A stretch of 64,000 bases of DNA from Octopus vulgaris (Eukaryota), in contig OX597833.1 in NCBI GenBank assembly GCA_951406725.2, positions 42,346,001 through 42,410,000 of the forward strand. The letters run 5' to 3'. This document shows, in pieces, positions 1 to 11,294 of this stretch. The notes beneath the pieces were generated by a model that ran no database searches, had not been told where the DNA came from, and saw nothing but the letters and a program-made list of their open reading frames with translations. The translations under genes were made by a program, and so were the position numbers. Position 1 is the stretch's first letter; each line of letters begins with the position of its first letter.

Positions 1-1550
1 CAATTAAAATGAAAATATTATAAATAATTATTCAAGAACATTCAATCTAAACTTTTTGTGCACATGAAGGAGTTATTATACTGACCTTGGACAGAACAAA
101 AAAACATGTGGCCATTTTGAAAACATTATTGAGTAGCTCTGGCCTAAAAACAGAGGTTCTGAAATGCAAGTTCTGAATTGGCCATTTGTGCAAGAACTAA
201 CAAAACTTAAAGGCCCTAAAATGTTGCAGAGGGGAAAATTATTTATTGGACAAGTAACACTGGTGTTCCTCTGAAGCAGCTTTAGGTTTTCGATATTACT
301 GAATTTTCCAGTGTTGTTACCATGTTAGCTATATCATAATCAATTCTACTATCACAATATGGCTATATTTAGTGCTTTTCAATGCTATTTACATCTTCGT
401 TAGTATTTAAATGCATATATTTGCTAGATCCAGTAGGTGGGTAATTGAACTGTTGTTGCATTTTATTATTGTTTATGTGGTGCATATGCTGCTCTAAATT
501 AGTAGAGTTAGCATACAATACCTTAATGGTATGCTGATTAAAAATAAGCATGGTATCAGATTTAAGAAAACATTTGTCTAACGTGGCAAAAAATTTTCCA
601 GCAATCTTGGTTGAAACGTGGACAGAAAATTGGGTTGTACCAGAAGACAGATCTTTTGGGTTTGGACGGCAGTTTTTAACATAATTTCTAGGTAACTAAA
701 AAATTTTAAACTTCGTATACTGGTAGAATGTGTTTATAAAACATCTTTTTCTCTTGGCTTTATTGAGAAAATTCTATAGTTTGTAAGATATTTGTTGTTT
801 TTTTTTCTTCAATTTCTGCAATTTCAACCAATCAGTGATGTCTATTGAGTTGAAAAGCATTGTGCCGTATGAATATGTCCCTCGTGTAAGAAACACATTG
901 GGTTTATTTACATTTGTGAAGAAAAAAAAGATACCCTTCCCCTAACCCTAAAAGAGATTGAAATGCAATAGATCGATTCTAGGGTCATAATTATGGGCGA
1001 CAATTTCATATGACACCGCTAGAAAAAACTGCTGTTCAAACCGAAAAGATCCCACAAGACATCATGATTGATGTTGTTTGGCTTATTTGATTTAGTGTGT
1101 TATACGGGATTGGAACAATTTACTGGGTTATGAGTGTTGGATTATTGAGTCGTATGTCTATGAGTTTTCATTGGTAGTTCATTGCCTTGACCAATTGTAT
1201 TCTTGACCAGCATGTATTCTTGATCTGAGTAAGTTCTCATACTGTAACTTTGTGATGGTGTACAATGTGTATTGTTATTAGAGGAATCAACAGGGTTTTG
1301 TATGCCTGCTTCTTGTATATATTGAATTTTCTCACAGTATCCATTATAATAAGCTGCATGTGATTCGAACAGATAATGTAGAAATTCTTGTTGAAATATT
1401 CTGAACTAAAGCTAGATGTATTGAAACAATTGTCGTGATTGATAAAAATTCTCTTATCTTCCATCTTTCATTTACCATATACGTAACAGATAATGTGAAA
1501 GTGACTGTGCTTTACCAGTAAGTTAGCAGGTATAAACCATTCATTTTATG
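1..1550 (-). mobile_element. Degenerate Penelope-like retroelement remnant, interrupted by a MITE
   Basis: Minus-strand translation fragments VFWYNP..VSTKIAGKFFATLDKCF..IFNQHTIKVLY resemble the Penelope WFNPP..T.IGK.FL.L.D..F..IFN..T.KVSY block; inverted hammerhead-bearing terminus at ~1410-1550. Confidence 0.6.
649..1052. mobile_element. MITE with ~29-bp TIRs and probable 8-bp TSD (hAT-like)
   Basis: TIRs gatcttttgggtttggacggcagttttt / aaaaactgctgttcaaaccgaaaagatc; flanks cagaagac (641-648) and cacaagac (1053-1060); a related left end starts at ~63960. Confidence 0.75.
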
Positions 1551-1616
1551 ATATATATATAATGTGCAGGTGTATCTCAAATAACATATGTATGTATGTA
1601 TGTATATATGTATGTA

Positions 1617-1950
1617 AGGCACATGGCTCAGTGGTTAGAGCATCGAGCTTATGATCGTGAGGTTGTGAGCTCGAATCTCGGACCGGGTTGTGTGTTATGT
1701 TCTTGAGCAAGACACTTTATTTCACGTTGCTCCAGTTAATTCAGCTGTAGAAATGAATTGCGACGTCACGAGTGCTAAGCTGTATCAGCTGCTGCCTTTC
1801 CCTTGGATAACACTGGTGGCGTAGAGAGGGGAGGCCGGTATGCATGGGTGACTGCTGGTCTTCCATAAACCACCTTGCCCAGACTTGTGACTAGGAGGGT
1901 AATTTTCTAGTTGCAATCCCATGGTCAGTGTCGTGACCGAAGGGGGTCCC
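1617..1950 (+). mobile_element. tRNA-derived SINE (family C variant)
   Basis: A-box tggctcagtgg, B-box-like gctcgaatctc, body ttgagcaagacactttatttcacgttgctccag shared with 49177-49505. Confidence 0.8.
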
Positions 1951-2105
1951 GACCCGATATATATATATATATGTCTCACACCATCTCCGATAAAGGGATA
2001 TAATAAATATCCTAAAACAGCTGTAAGACCTTCTGTCTATAAATGTTCTAAAATTTACACAGCCTTGGGTTTTTTAATCTCATTACGAAAAACAATTTAT
2101 ATATG

Positions 2106-2777
2106 AGAAGACCCAGCAAGCCAAATGAGACCATAATCTCGTGGCCTATGCCAGGGGCGTAACCAGCCCACTATGCGTACCTTTTCCTTCTTTGGACACT
2201 AAAACTCTGCTTGTGAAGACCTGTTGAGGCAAGTGAAATCAAAATCAAATTCGATGACTGGCGTCCGTGCTAGCGGGGTGCAAAGAGCACCATACAAGTG
2301 TGATCATTGAGAGAGCAGCTAACTGGCTTCCGTGCCAGTGACACTTAAAAAGCACCATTTGAGTGTGATCATTACCAGCATCGCCTTACTGGCACTCGAG
2401 CCCCGTGCTAGTAGGGTATTAAGAGCACCATCCGAGCGTGATCGTTGCCAAAGTGGCTATCTGGCCTCTGTGCCTGTGACACGTAAAAGACACCATTCGA
2501 GTGTGATCGTTACTAGCATTGCCTTACTGGCACCTGTGCTGGTGGCATGTGTAAAAGATTCAAGCGAGGTTGTTGCCAGTACCGCCTGACTGGCCCTGTG
2601 CCGGTGGCACGTAAAAGCATCCACTATACTCTCGGAGTGGTTGGCGTTAGGAAGGGCATCCAGCTGTAGAAACTCTGCCAGATCAAGATTGAAGCCTGGT
2701 GTAGCCATCTGGTTCGCCAGCCCTCAGTCAAATCGTCCAACCCATGCTAGGATGGAAAGTGGACGTTAAATGATGAT
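2106..2777 (+). mobile_element. RTE-type LINE 3' region with (GAT)n tail
   Basis: Shares the ttaggaagggcatccagctgtagaaac...aacccatgctag...cgttaaa(gat)n end with many copies; the same family carries RTE coding remnants at 52470-53260. Confidence 0.75.
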
Positions 2778-2982
2778 ATATATATATATATATATGGTAT
2801 TCTTTTGGTGAATGGATAAATAGATGGAGAGAGAAAAAGTGAGGTGCCAAAAAATCATATTTACAGTAAACAGTTTAACAATAATTGTTCAGTTTAGTGA
2901 TATTAAAAAAGTAAATAAAAGTTAAGTGGAAATAACTAGTAAAGGGACACGTAAGTCAACAGAAATACTGGATATTATTTAC

Positions 2983-3038
2983 TTTGGAATTGATCAGAAT
3001 GGCACGTGGAAGACCAGCAGGATCGCAATACATTGTTC
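2983..3038 (-). other. Candidate exon of an unidentified minus-strand gene (MYCDPAGLPRAILINSK)
   Basis: ttcaatttcag| acceptor and AAA|gtaaat donor in a repeat-free, CpG-retaining region; no recognisable homology. Confidence 0.25.
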
Positions 3039-5070
3039 CTGAAATTGAAATCCTCAACCGTGAATCAGTCTTGGAATATCACCCAATTAGCCAAATGACG
3101 AGTCAAAATTCTTCAGTGGCTGGCACGTGTATAATTATGAATTTATACACATGCGAAAATTGTAATTCGCCAGTATTTGTTGTTTAACAATAAGTTGACT
3201 TATGTATGGGTCTCCTTCACTAGTTATCCAGTTGAATCCTGCCAAACGTTTGTCTTGAGAGTTAAGGCATCAAAACAAAAATAGTGGAGTAACACTACGA
3301 ATCAGATGAATTGAGAAACAAGGAGCACTCGCACTAAGAGATGAACATAGATCGTTTTTCTAATTCGTTAACGAATCTTAATCTTAAACAGAATAATTTT
3401 AACTCTAAAGAGAACTCATCGTTTGAGGTAACAGGTAAATACGAGGGGGTAAATCATCTATGAGTGTTGTATCTCGGGAAGGCCATTAAGCCAATAATAA
3501 ACAGGAGCTCAATCTGTTCCATTTCTTTTGCTATTATTAATCAAATAGTTAACCAGTTAACTAATCGATAGTTTGACTAATCTTTTGTCAAAAAGTTTTA
3601 GTCGCCATTCACGTTATCAATGACTTACTTGCTCTCTTCTACTTGGGACCTACCTGACCCTCCCGAAGTAAAAAAGAAAAAAAAACCTGTTTCAATATAC
3701 AAGTTCATATCAAGAATCTTGCGAACTAAATTTTTAAAAATAATAATAATAATATAAACATTTCTGATAGTTTTTAAACAAATCTTTATGATAGCCAATA
3801 TTATGAAGGAATTTAAAAGACACCTTGTGATCGGAGAAAAAGCAAAATCTGAACAATGTAACGAAGTTTTAAAAATATAGTGCGTGTGTTTGTTTAGCAG
3901 AAAAGAAATAATGTTAACTTTTTTCCTCTTGATTTCTTAATCACTTATTTTGATTATCATTTAATTCTGGCACAAAACGAAAGAATGCCAATTATTTTAC
4001 CAATAGAAACTTTCCTTTCGCTTACATTAAAAATAAGGTGAAATAATTTGGAATACTGAACAGGAAGAACAGGTGGTTTATTTTTTTTTAATGTCTATCA
4101 TGGCATATAGTCTCCTTCCTAATTATGTGAGGGTGGTTCAGGTACACAAAATAATAAACAAAAGCTAATATCGCAAGTACTAATCATATTTGCACTTCCT
4201 TAATATATATAAAAGTTTATTTAAGTCATCACCAACATAAACCCATTTTTTTATGTTAACATTATAATTTTACGTAAACATTATGAGTTCAAAGAAAACA
4301 AAATACTTTTTTGTATCAATAAATGACCGACTGTAAAGTATTAAAATAATTTCGGAACTTTGACTTACTTGTATTGATGAAAATTGTAGAAAAGAAAAGT
4401 AAAATCAGATTAAAATGTGACATATTTCTCTGGCAAGTAAAACGACGTTTTCTCACATTACAAATGAAGTACACTAATGGCTGTTATTGGATTAAGAGCG
4501 AAGAGTCGAGAAAATGTCACCAGGTATGCAGTTACCTGTATATCTCCTTTGACGTCACATTCATATGACCTCAATTAACCATACCTTGCCGTTGACTCAC
4601 AACGCCTTTGCTCCTATTTCCGACTTGGAGAAGTTTTCATCTAAAGGCATGATTTTCCTTGCAATTTTTAAAATATCCAAATTATTGACGGGATTAATGT
4701 GTAGTGAAAGACAAATATGAACTTAAATGGCACAAATAATTATAGGTATGAGTTTGTGTGACGGCCGTAGATTTCTTTTTTTGACACTGTACTGCGGCTA
4801 ATTCTTTTGCCGTCAAAGTTAGTTCTTGATAGAACTACTTTTCGGTATCAAATTATGTAGAAATTTGTATGTGTGTGTTGTTTAAGATTGGATGATGTGA
4901 TTTGAGAGATATTTAGATAATATTTTGAAGCAGGTAATAGAAGATCCTTCGCAGGATAAAATAATTATTCATTTTTTTTAGTTTCGGAGATTTTAGCTTT
5001 CAGTTCAGTTTCGGAAATTTGAGCTTCCATTCGGTTTTGGAAGCTTGAGCTTTCCTTTCAGTTTAACACA

Positions 5071-5195
5071 TAGGCGAAAGTAAAGAATACGCACACCACC
5101 TGTTTTCAGCGTTTATAGTTAGGTTTAGGGTTGTGGTTACGTTTAGGGTAGGGTTACGCCGAAAACGAGTGGTGAGCGTATTCTTTACCTCAGCC
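5071..5195. mobile_element. Small MITE with ~40-bp TIRs and a TTAGGG-like core
   Basis: gtaaagaatacgcacaccacctgttttc...gaaaacgagtggtgagcgtattctttac inverted arms; aacaca direct repeat on both sides. Confidence 0.65.
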
Positions 5196-5742
5196 AACAC
5201 ATGAATATTAATTTCATACAAACGAACAAAATTTTTGAACAATGTTCAGCTACCATAATTTTAAGCAAATCAATGTACTTTTGTATTCCTTCTTTGGAAA
5301 CGTTAACTCCTGAAGGAGACGCGGAAGCATTGTCATAAAACACAATATGTTGTCTAGGGAATTTTAAACCAATTCATTTCCAGGTCTGGACATCACTGAT
5401 TTCTTCCAGAGAGAGAGAGAGATGATGGGATCAACTCCAGTGGTGAACTACAAAGGGTCCGATAACAGAAGGTGCACTTGTACACCCTAAAATTTTGTAG
5501 GGTTGCAAAATCAATATTGACCTTTCCCAAGCTTAGAAAATAGTGTTTAAAAATAGATCTGTAAAAAAAGTTGCTTGAAGTTAAATTTCTTTACAAAATA
5601 AGAACAACAACTAAAACAAACAAAAAGATCTCACCCAATCCCTCGAAAGATATATTACTGAACTGAATCATCCTCAACATTAGAATTAAAATTTTATATA
5701 CATATATATCCCATCCATAAAGGATTTAGTTTTATGGCGTCT

Positions 5743-5839
5743 CGTTAGATCCCACAAACCTGTTGGCCCATGACCTCTTCAAAATATGAAAGGAGTATTT
5801 TGAAGAGGTCACGGGCTAACAGGTTTGTGGGATCTGATG
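5743..5839. repeat. Near-perfect hairpin with ~44-bp arms
   Basis: gatcccacaaacctgttggcccatgacctcttcaaaata / tattttgaagaggtcacgggctaacaggtttgtgggatc. Confidence 0.9.
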
Positions 5840-5935
5840 TTATGTAAGGTAATGCCATAAACTGGCCTTAACCATTTTTAATATATAACGGACGTTAAAC
5901 GATGATGATGATGATATATAACATGCAGCTGTGAT

Positions 5936-6245
5936 ACCAGTGCCGGTGGTACGTAAGAGAACCATCCGAACGTTGCCAGCGTTGCCCTGACTGGCCTCGT
6001 GCCGGTGGCACATAAAAAGCACCATCCGATCGTGGCTGTTGCCAGCCTCGCCTGGCCCCCGTGCCAGTGGCACGTAAAAAGCACCCACTTCACTCACGGA
6101 GTGGTTGGCGTTAGGAAGGGCATCCAGCCGTAGAAACATTGCCAGATCAGACTGGGCCTGGTGCAGCCTTCTGGCTTCCCAGACCCCAGTTGAACCGTCC
6201 AACCCATGCTAGCATGGAAAGTGGACGCTAAACGATGATGATGAT
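5936..6245 (+). mobile_element. RTE-type LINE 3' end fragment
   Basis: Same conserved 3' block and (GAT)n tail as 2106-2777. Confidence 0.8.
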
Positions 6246-8739
6246 AGGAGAAGGTATGCCTTTAATTTAATTAGAAAACAAAGAAGAAGGAATCTAATTA
6301 TATTAAAGGTATACCAGCGAAAACGATGAGTCTCCCCTTGTTATTACATCCATTTTCTCCTATATAACCTAAACTATGGTCTACCAACCGAACCACCTGC
6401 TACCGTACAACTTTACAAAAGACTGTACCACAATCAAGAGCCCTTCACAGTCTCAATATCCATTTCCTCAAATTCCTCTGAATGCCATTACTGACTCATC
6501 ATCATCATTGCCATCATGTTCTAATGCTATTACCCTTACCACAATAACAACAACAAAATCAGCATTGTAAGTCACTCTTTGATACTAGAACAATTGACGA
6601 CCTATTAAATGACACAGTCTCTAGCTCTTCTCCATAGTCAGCCCACTCAAATTCTTCTCAGGATAACACAACAGATCCATCATTGCCATTGTCATCCTAT
6701 TCTACTGCTACTACCATTACCACCACCACCACTACTATTACCACTACCACCACCACCACCACTTCTACTGCTACTACTACTACTACAGTACTCCCACTGT
6801 CCACCTCAATTTGATTGTATACTTAATGGCTCCATGATAAATCTGCCAACTGTAAATAAAGTAAAATTACGAACACAGGAAATCCAAAAAGATGCTGTTC
6901 TTCTCAACATGAGAAACTATGCATACACAGTGACTGTAGCTTCACCCATTTACCCAGGACAAGATGCACAATTCATACAAGCAGTAGACTGGTGGATTAC
7001 AACACAGAACAAGATGCCTTGTAGTATTTGTACTTTACAATCTGAGTTCAAATTGCTGCCCTGCCAACTGTTATCTACTTATGTAGTAGACTTAAAACAT
7101 TACTTGGTTTAACACTGCTACTCAATCTTTCGGTACCTTTAGCAGAGTTTACACAGGATTCTGATCTAAGAATACTTTCTTATTCCAACCTTATTTTGAA
7201 TGTTCTGCAGAAGGCCATGGATACAACACTTGCTCTTAACTTTTGCGATTAAATCTCCTACTCTATCAAACCTGATACTGATGTTCTAATAAATTCTGTT
7301 TTTATTATCAGTTTCTTACAATATGATAAATCAGAAGCTATTCTAATTGGTCACAATTTACTATAACAAAGTTGGTGTTCATTGGTATAACCTGGAATTT
7401 GTTGATATTTATGTTAATTACTATTTATCTAGCAGTATTATTAATCTCCATGTATCTAGCAATATTATTAATTCTGTTAGTCTTATCTTGCATATAGTAT
7501 TAACTTGAAAAGTGTTGATGGTAAACTCATCTGAAAATCCAAGTATTTTAATTGGATAAAGGGAAGGTTCAGTGGAAACAGTGAAGTTAAATGATGTTAA
7601 AATGAAATGTGTTGTAAAACAATTTTTGTAATTTGGAATGTCTTTGACATCATCTTGATGTAGTAAATTGACTTTAATCAGTGAAAAAGCTTTATGTGCA
7701 AAGGATCCCCAACTTTGCTGAGGAAGCAACATAGAGTAACATACAATGGACCATGTGTGAACACTGTTGTAGGGAGCCTTGCTCTTTTCTTTCATTTATT
7801 GATACAATGAGTATTAGGGAATTAATGCTATCTTAAAATGAAGGACAAATACTGTACTAATAACTTAACTGATAGCTAATCACCATACATAGTTGGAATA
7901 ACTGTCTGCTTGGATAAACCAGGGACCTTGTCTTTGGTCGCCCTTCATAATGTCAACTATTTTACAGTGTGTTGGATGTATTTTATTATGGCACCAACAC
8001 TAGTGATGTTGTCATGTCTTCAACAAACTAAAGAGCCCTCTTGACTCCATGTTGTTACATTTATCAGCAATTTACTGAGTGTGCTGGACTCCTTTTGATC
8101 ACGACACCAGCCCCTATGAGGCTATCTTGTTCCCTACAAAACTAGAGTTCTCATTACTCTATATTGTTCAAGAGGGTGAATAGAAATGCGAATGTGCAAC
8201 CTTGCTTTAGTATCATGGGAAGAATTCTTAAAGTTTGTTGCTGATCTATTTGCAGTTGGATGATTATACCAAAGAATTGGGGAAGAACTAGTTATTCCTG
8301 GATTTGCCACAGACCTTTCCTGTTCACAGAATTGAAAACTTTGATAAGGTTGACAAGCATCAACTACAAAACTCTGTTTTGTCTCTACATTTCTCTTGAA
8401 GCTGCCTGGGAACAAGACTTGTTATGCACTTGTCTCTGATCACCCTTCTGTGTGAATTTTGAGTCATGGTTTACCTATGGTCACAACCTATAACTTCTTT
8501 AACTCTTTAGCATTCAGGTTTCTTTGCCTATTGTATAGCTAATTTATTGATATTGCTTTGAATTAATCATGCATTATCTTGTTGCTTTGAGATTTCAACA
8601 ATGTGATTGTTTACTTTTAGAATGACATTGTAGGGTAGGTGTGAGAGGCTGGATCCGGTCACTTTGAACATAAAATAATTAGAATATTAGGACTGGATAT
8701 TGCCAGTTTAAATGCTAAAGGGTTAATGCTTCTACCAGG

Positions 8740-9010
8740 GCTGCCTCTGTGCTATCTCTAATATTCATTGGAATAACTTTGTCATCAACATTGAAGTCAC
8801 CTGTATCAAGGGTATGCTGTTAAAAATGCAACTGTGCTGGGTAGGGTACATTTTCGACATGAAGAATCACTGCATATCCAAGATTATACTGTATGGTAAA
8901 CTTGCCACAAGTCACCATTACAGAGGGGTAATGAAGAAGAGGTACAGTGATTCTTTGAAGAAATTTCTTAATGCCTGCCACACTGACCTTCACTACTGGA
9001 TCATAACCCT
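8740..9010 (+). mobile_element. Degenerate RTE/BovB-like LINE ORF2 C-terminal fragment
   Basis: ORF 8814-9020 QLCWVGYI..M....ISKIILYGKL...RG..KRYSDSLK matches the RTE QLRW.GH..RM...R.PK..LYGEL..G.R..G...KRY.D.LK pattern. Confidence 0.7.
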
Positions 9011-9589
9011 TCGATCATAAGTTCTATTGAAATACCATTTTCCAAACTGTTTCCTCTTTGAGGATGCAAGAAGCGCTTTCCTTCAGGTAAAATAATAAGT
9101 AAGTAAATAAATGAAGAAAGAACTGTAATGTAGCAACACTGAACCAAAGTTAGAATTTTCCTTGTGGTTTGCAACCTAGCCTTCATGTCCTACACAAGTC
9201 TCCTCAGCTCCCATTAAACTTGCAATAGTTGTAGACAGGCTGCTTCTGGATTCTTTGTTTGTGAAGCCATTATGATTACAAATACACACGTCTTGCCAGT
9301 TACTTGGTTACCTTATTGGTGCTGGTGCCACATAAAAAGCACCTAGTATTCTCTGTAAAGTGGTTGTTGTTAGGAAGGGCATCCAGACATGAAAAATCAT
9401 GCCAAAGTAGACACTGGAGCTTGGTGCAGTTCTCCAGCTCACGTCAAGCTGTTCAACCTATGCCAGCATTGAAAACGGACTTTAAAGTGTGATGATGATG
9501 GTATATACATAAAAACTCTACACATACAGATGTCTTGCAAACAACTTGCACATGCAAGTGCTACCAGTTAAAAGCTCCGTATACTGGAA

Positions 9590-10110
9590 GCTAGCAAGTG
9601 TATGGGGTCATCAGGAGAGAATGCGTGCCGTTTCGGGGCCTACCTCTCGACGGCATCAATGCCCACCGGCCCCCCTCACTGATATTAGGCCCCGCTTGCT
9701 AGATCAGCTGGTTATGAAGTTAAACTCAATATACTTCTAGCCATCGCTCATCGTCTCTTTTTAACCAAATCCAGTGGCTAGCCTTCTCCACTGTAGATTG
9801 GATATCAGTCATGGTGGTATTGACTTTACGATGAGTTAGGCCTAGCGATAACAACAGTCGTCTCACGCTGTGTCCAACAAACCCTCTACATCTGACTTTG
9901 ATAGGAAAATGTTCCGCTTTCCAGCCTGCGTTTTCACATTCCTCGAGGAGGTTTTCATAACGGTTCAATTTTCGAGCCCGAGCGGCGTCCATATTATCTT
10001 CATGAGGAACCGTTAGCTCGACTATATTTACAACTTTCTTTCTTTCACACCACTTCAAAATATCTGGTTTTTTCGTAACTGGGATGGGAAAGAAAACCTG
10101 GCACCCAGGT
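9590..10110 (-). mobile_element. 5'-truncated RLE-type LINE (HERO/NeSL-like) endonuclease domain and 3' UTR
   Basis: KPDI..W....K.V.IVELTVPHEDN...A..RK..RY..L...C...GW......V.CRGF restriction-like endonuclease signature. Confidence 0.85.
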
Positions 10111-10348
10111 AAATCTTTTATCTTCTAACAAGCAAAAATGCTAGTTCTAAAATCTAAGAGATCAACACAGTAGTCGTACTAACAAGTAATGTTCATAGCA
10201 ACTTCAACATGGCTGTCTGTTTGAACAGATTTAACTGCAATTTTTTAACTCCAAGAGGACATCTCTTCTAGCTAGTTAATGATGTACAGCTGCATTTGAT
10301 ATATTGTGAGCAGGGAAGTGAATCCCTACCTCCTTCTAGTGAAGGGGC

Positions 10349-10396
10349 CAGCAGACCAGCCTGGTTTCGGGCTATTTCTGTCTCTCTTCACTACTG
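10349..10396 (-). ncRNA. Mutated hammerhead motif (inverted array copy)
   Basis: Minus strand cagta-GTGAAGA-gagac(agaaata)gccc-GAAAC-caggctg-GTC-tgctg; first core base is C->G. Confidence 0.55.
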
Positions 10397-10494
10397 ATTT
10401 TTGCTTGTTGCAAAATCAGCAACGGTGTGTCACTTGAAATTATATATATCATGAGCAGAAGCGAGCTACTGCCATCTCTAGCAGACAAGGCGTC

Positions 10495-10542
10495 CAGTAC
10501 TGAAGAGAAGCAGAAATAGCCTGAAACCAGGCTGGTCTGCTA
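10495..10542 (+). ncRNA. Type I hammerhead ribozyme motif (array copy 1)
   Basis: cAGTA-CTGAAGA-gaagc(agaaata)gcct-GAAA-ccag(g)ctg-GTC^-TGCT; predicted cleavage after 10537; stem II imperfect. Confidence 0.7.
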
Positions 10543-10571
10543 GTCCCGTTGCTAGAAGGTGGTAAGAGTTT

Positions 10572-10790
10572 GGCGGTGAGCTGGCAGAATCGTTAGCACG
10601 CGGGCGAAATGCGTAGCCGTTTTTCGTCCGCCTTTACGTTCTGAGTTCAAATTCCGCTGAGGTCGACTTTGCCTTTCATCCTTTCGGGGTCGATAAATTA
10701 AGTACCAGTTACACAGTGTGGTTGATATAATTGACTTAATCCGTTTGTCTGTCCTCTCTGTCTTTAGCCCCTTGTGGATAGTAAAGAAAG
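10572..10790 (+). mobile_element. SINE family B inserted in the hammerhead array, 16-bp TSD
   Basis: ggcggtgagctggcagaatcgttagc...gcctttcatcctttcggggtcgataaattaagtaccag; TSD aggtggtaagagtttg at 10557-10572 and 10791-10806. Confidence 0.9.
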
Positions 10791-11085
10791 AGGTGGTAAG
10801 AGTTTGCCTCCCTGCTCGCAATATATCGGATGCTGCTGTACCTCATTAACCAGCTAGAGGAAGATGTCCTCTTGGGGTTAAAAAATTGCAGTAAAGTCCA
10901 TTTGCATGGATGGCCATGTTGAAGTGGCTATGAACATTACTTGTTAGTACAACTACTGCGTTGATCTCTTAAAGGGCATTTTAGAACATTTTTGCTTGTT
11001 GCAAAATCAGCGACTGTATATTGCTTAAAATTATATAGCATGTGAGCAGAAGCAAGTTATTGCCATCTCTAGCAGACGAGGTGTC

Positions 11086-11133
11086 CAGTACTGAAGAGAG
11101 GCAGAAATAGCCTGAAACCAGGCTGGTCTACTG
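11086..11133 (+). ncRNA. Type I hammerhead ribozyme motif (array copy 2)
   Basis: CAGTA-CTGAAGA-gAGGC(agaaata)GCCT-GAAA-CCAG(g)CTG-GTC^-TACTG; perfect 5-bp stem I; predicted cleavage after 11128. Confidence 0.8.
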
Positions 11134-11294
11134 AAGGTGGTAGGAGTTCACTCCCCTGCTTGCAATATATCGGATGCAACTGTGCATCATTAACCAGCTG
11201 GAGGAGATGTCCTCTTGGGGTTAAAAAATTGCAGTAAAGACCGTTTGAATGGACAGCCATGTTGATGTGGCTATGAACATTACCATTTGTCTTC

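Larger units (their letters stand above)
10127..11283. repeat. Array of a ~357-nt hammerhead-containing monomer (one inverted partial copy plus two tandem copies); retrozyme-like
   Basis: Units: 10127-10396 (minus), 10397-10987 (plus, SINE-interrupted), 10988-11283 (plus, truncated); each carries a hammerhead motif. Confidence 0.85.

Noticed and set aside
86-143. Apparent minus-strand exon (ag|...PELLNNVFKMATCFFVLSK|gt)
   Set aside because: Lies at the position of the C-terminal LLN...C motif of the Penelope-like remnant; better explained as transposon sequence.
5315-5362. ctgaagga...aaaacacaatatgttgtc as a hammerhead
   Set aside because: Both core strands deviate and the stems are unconvincing.
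6609-7112. 167-aa ORF
   Set aside because: Open only through a (CTA/CCA)n low-complexity tract and SINE debris; no domain signature.
7090-7795. ORF 7421-7795 as a host gene
   Set aside because: No splice or domain support; possibly an old L1/Tx1 remnant but too decayed to call.
9600-9660. GAAAC...CTGATGA on the minus strand in the HERO-like 3' UTR as a type II hammerhead
   Set aside because: No stem I or stem III pairing and no properly placed NUH triplet between the two core strands.
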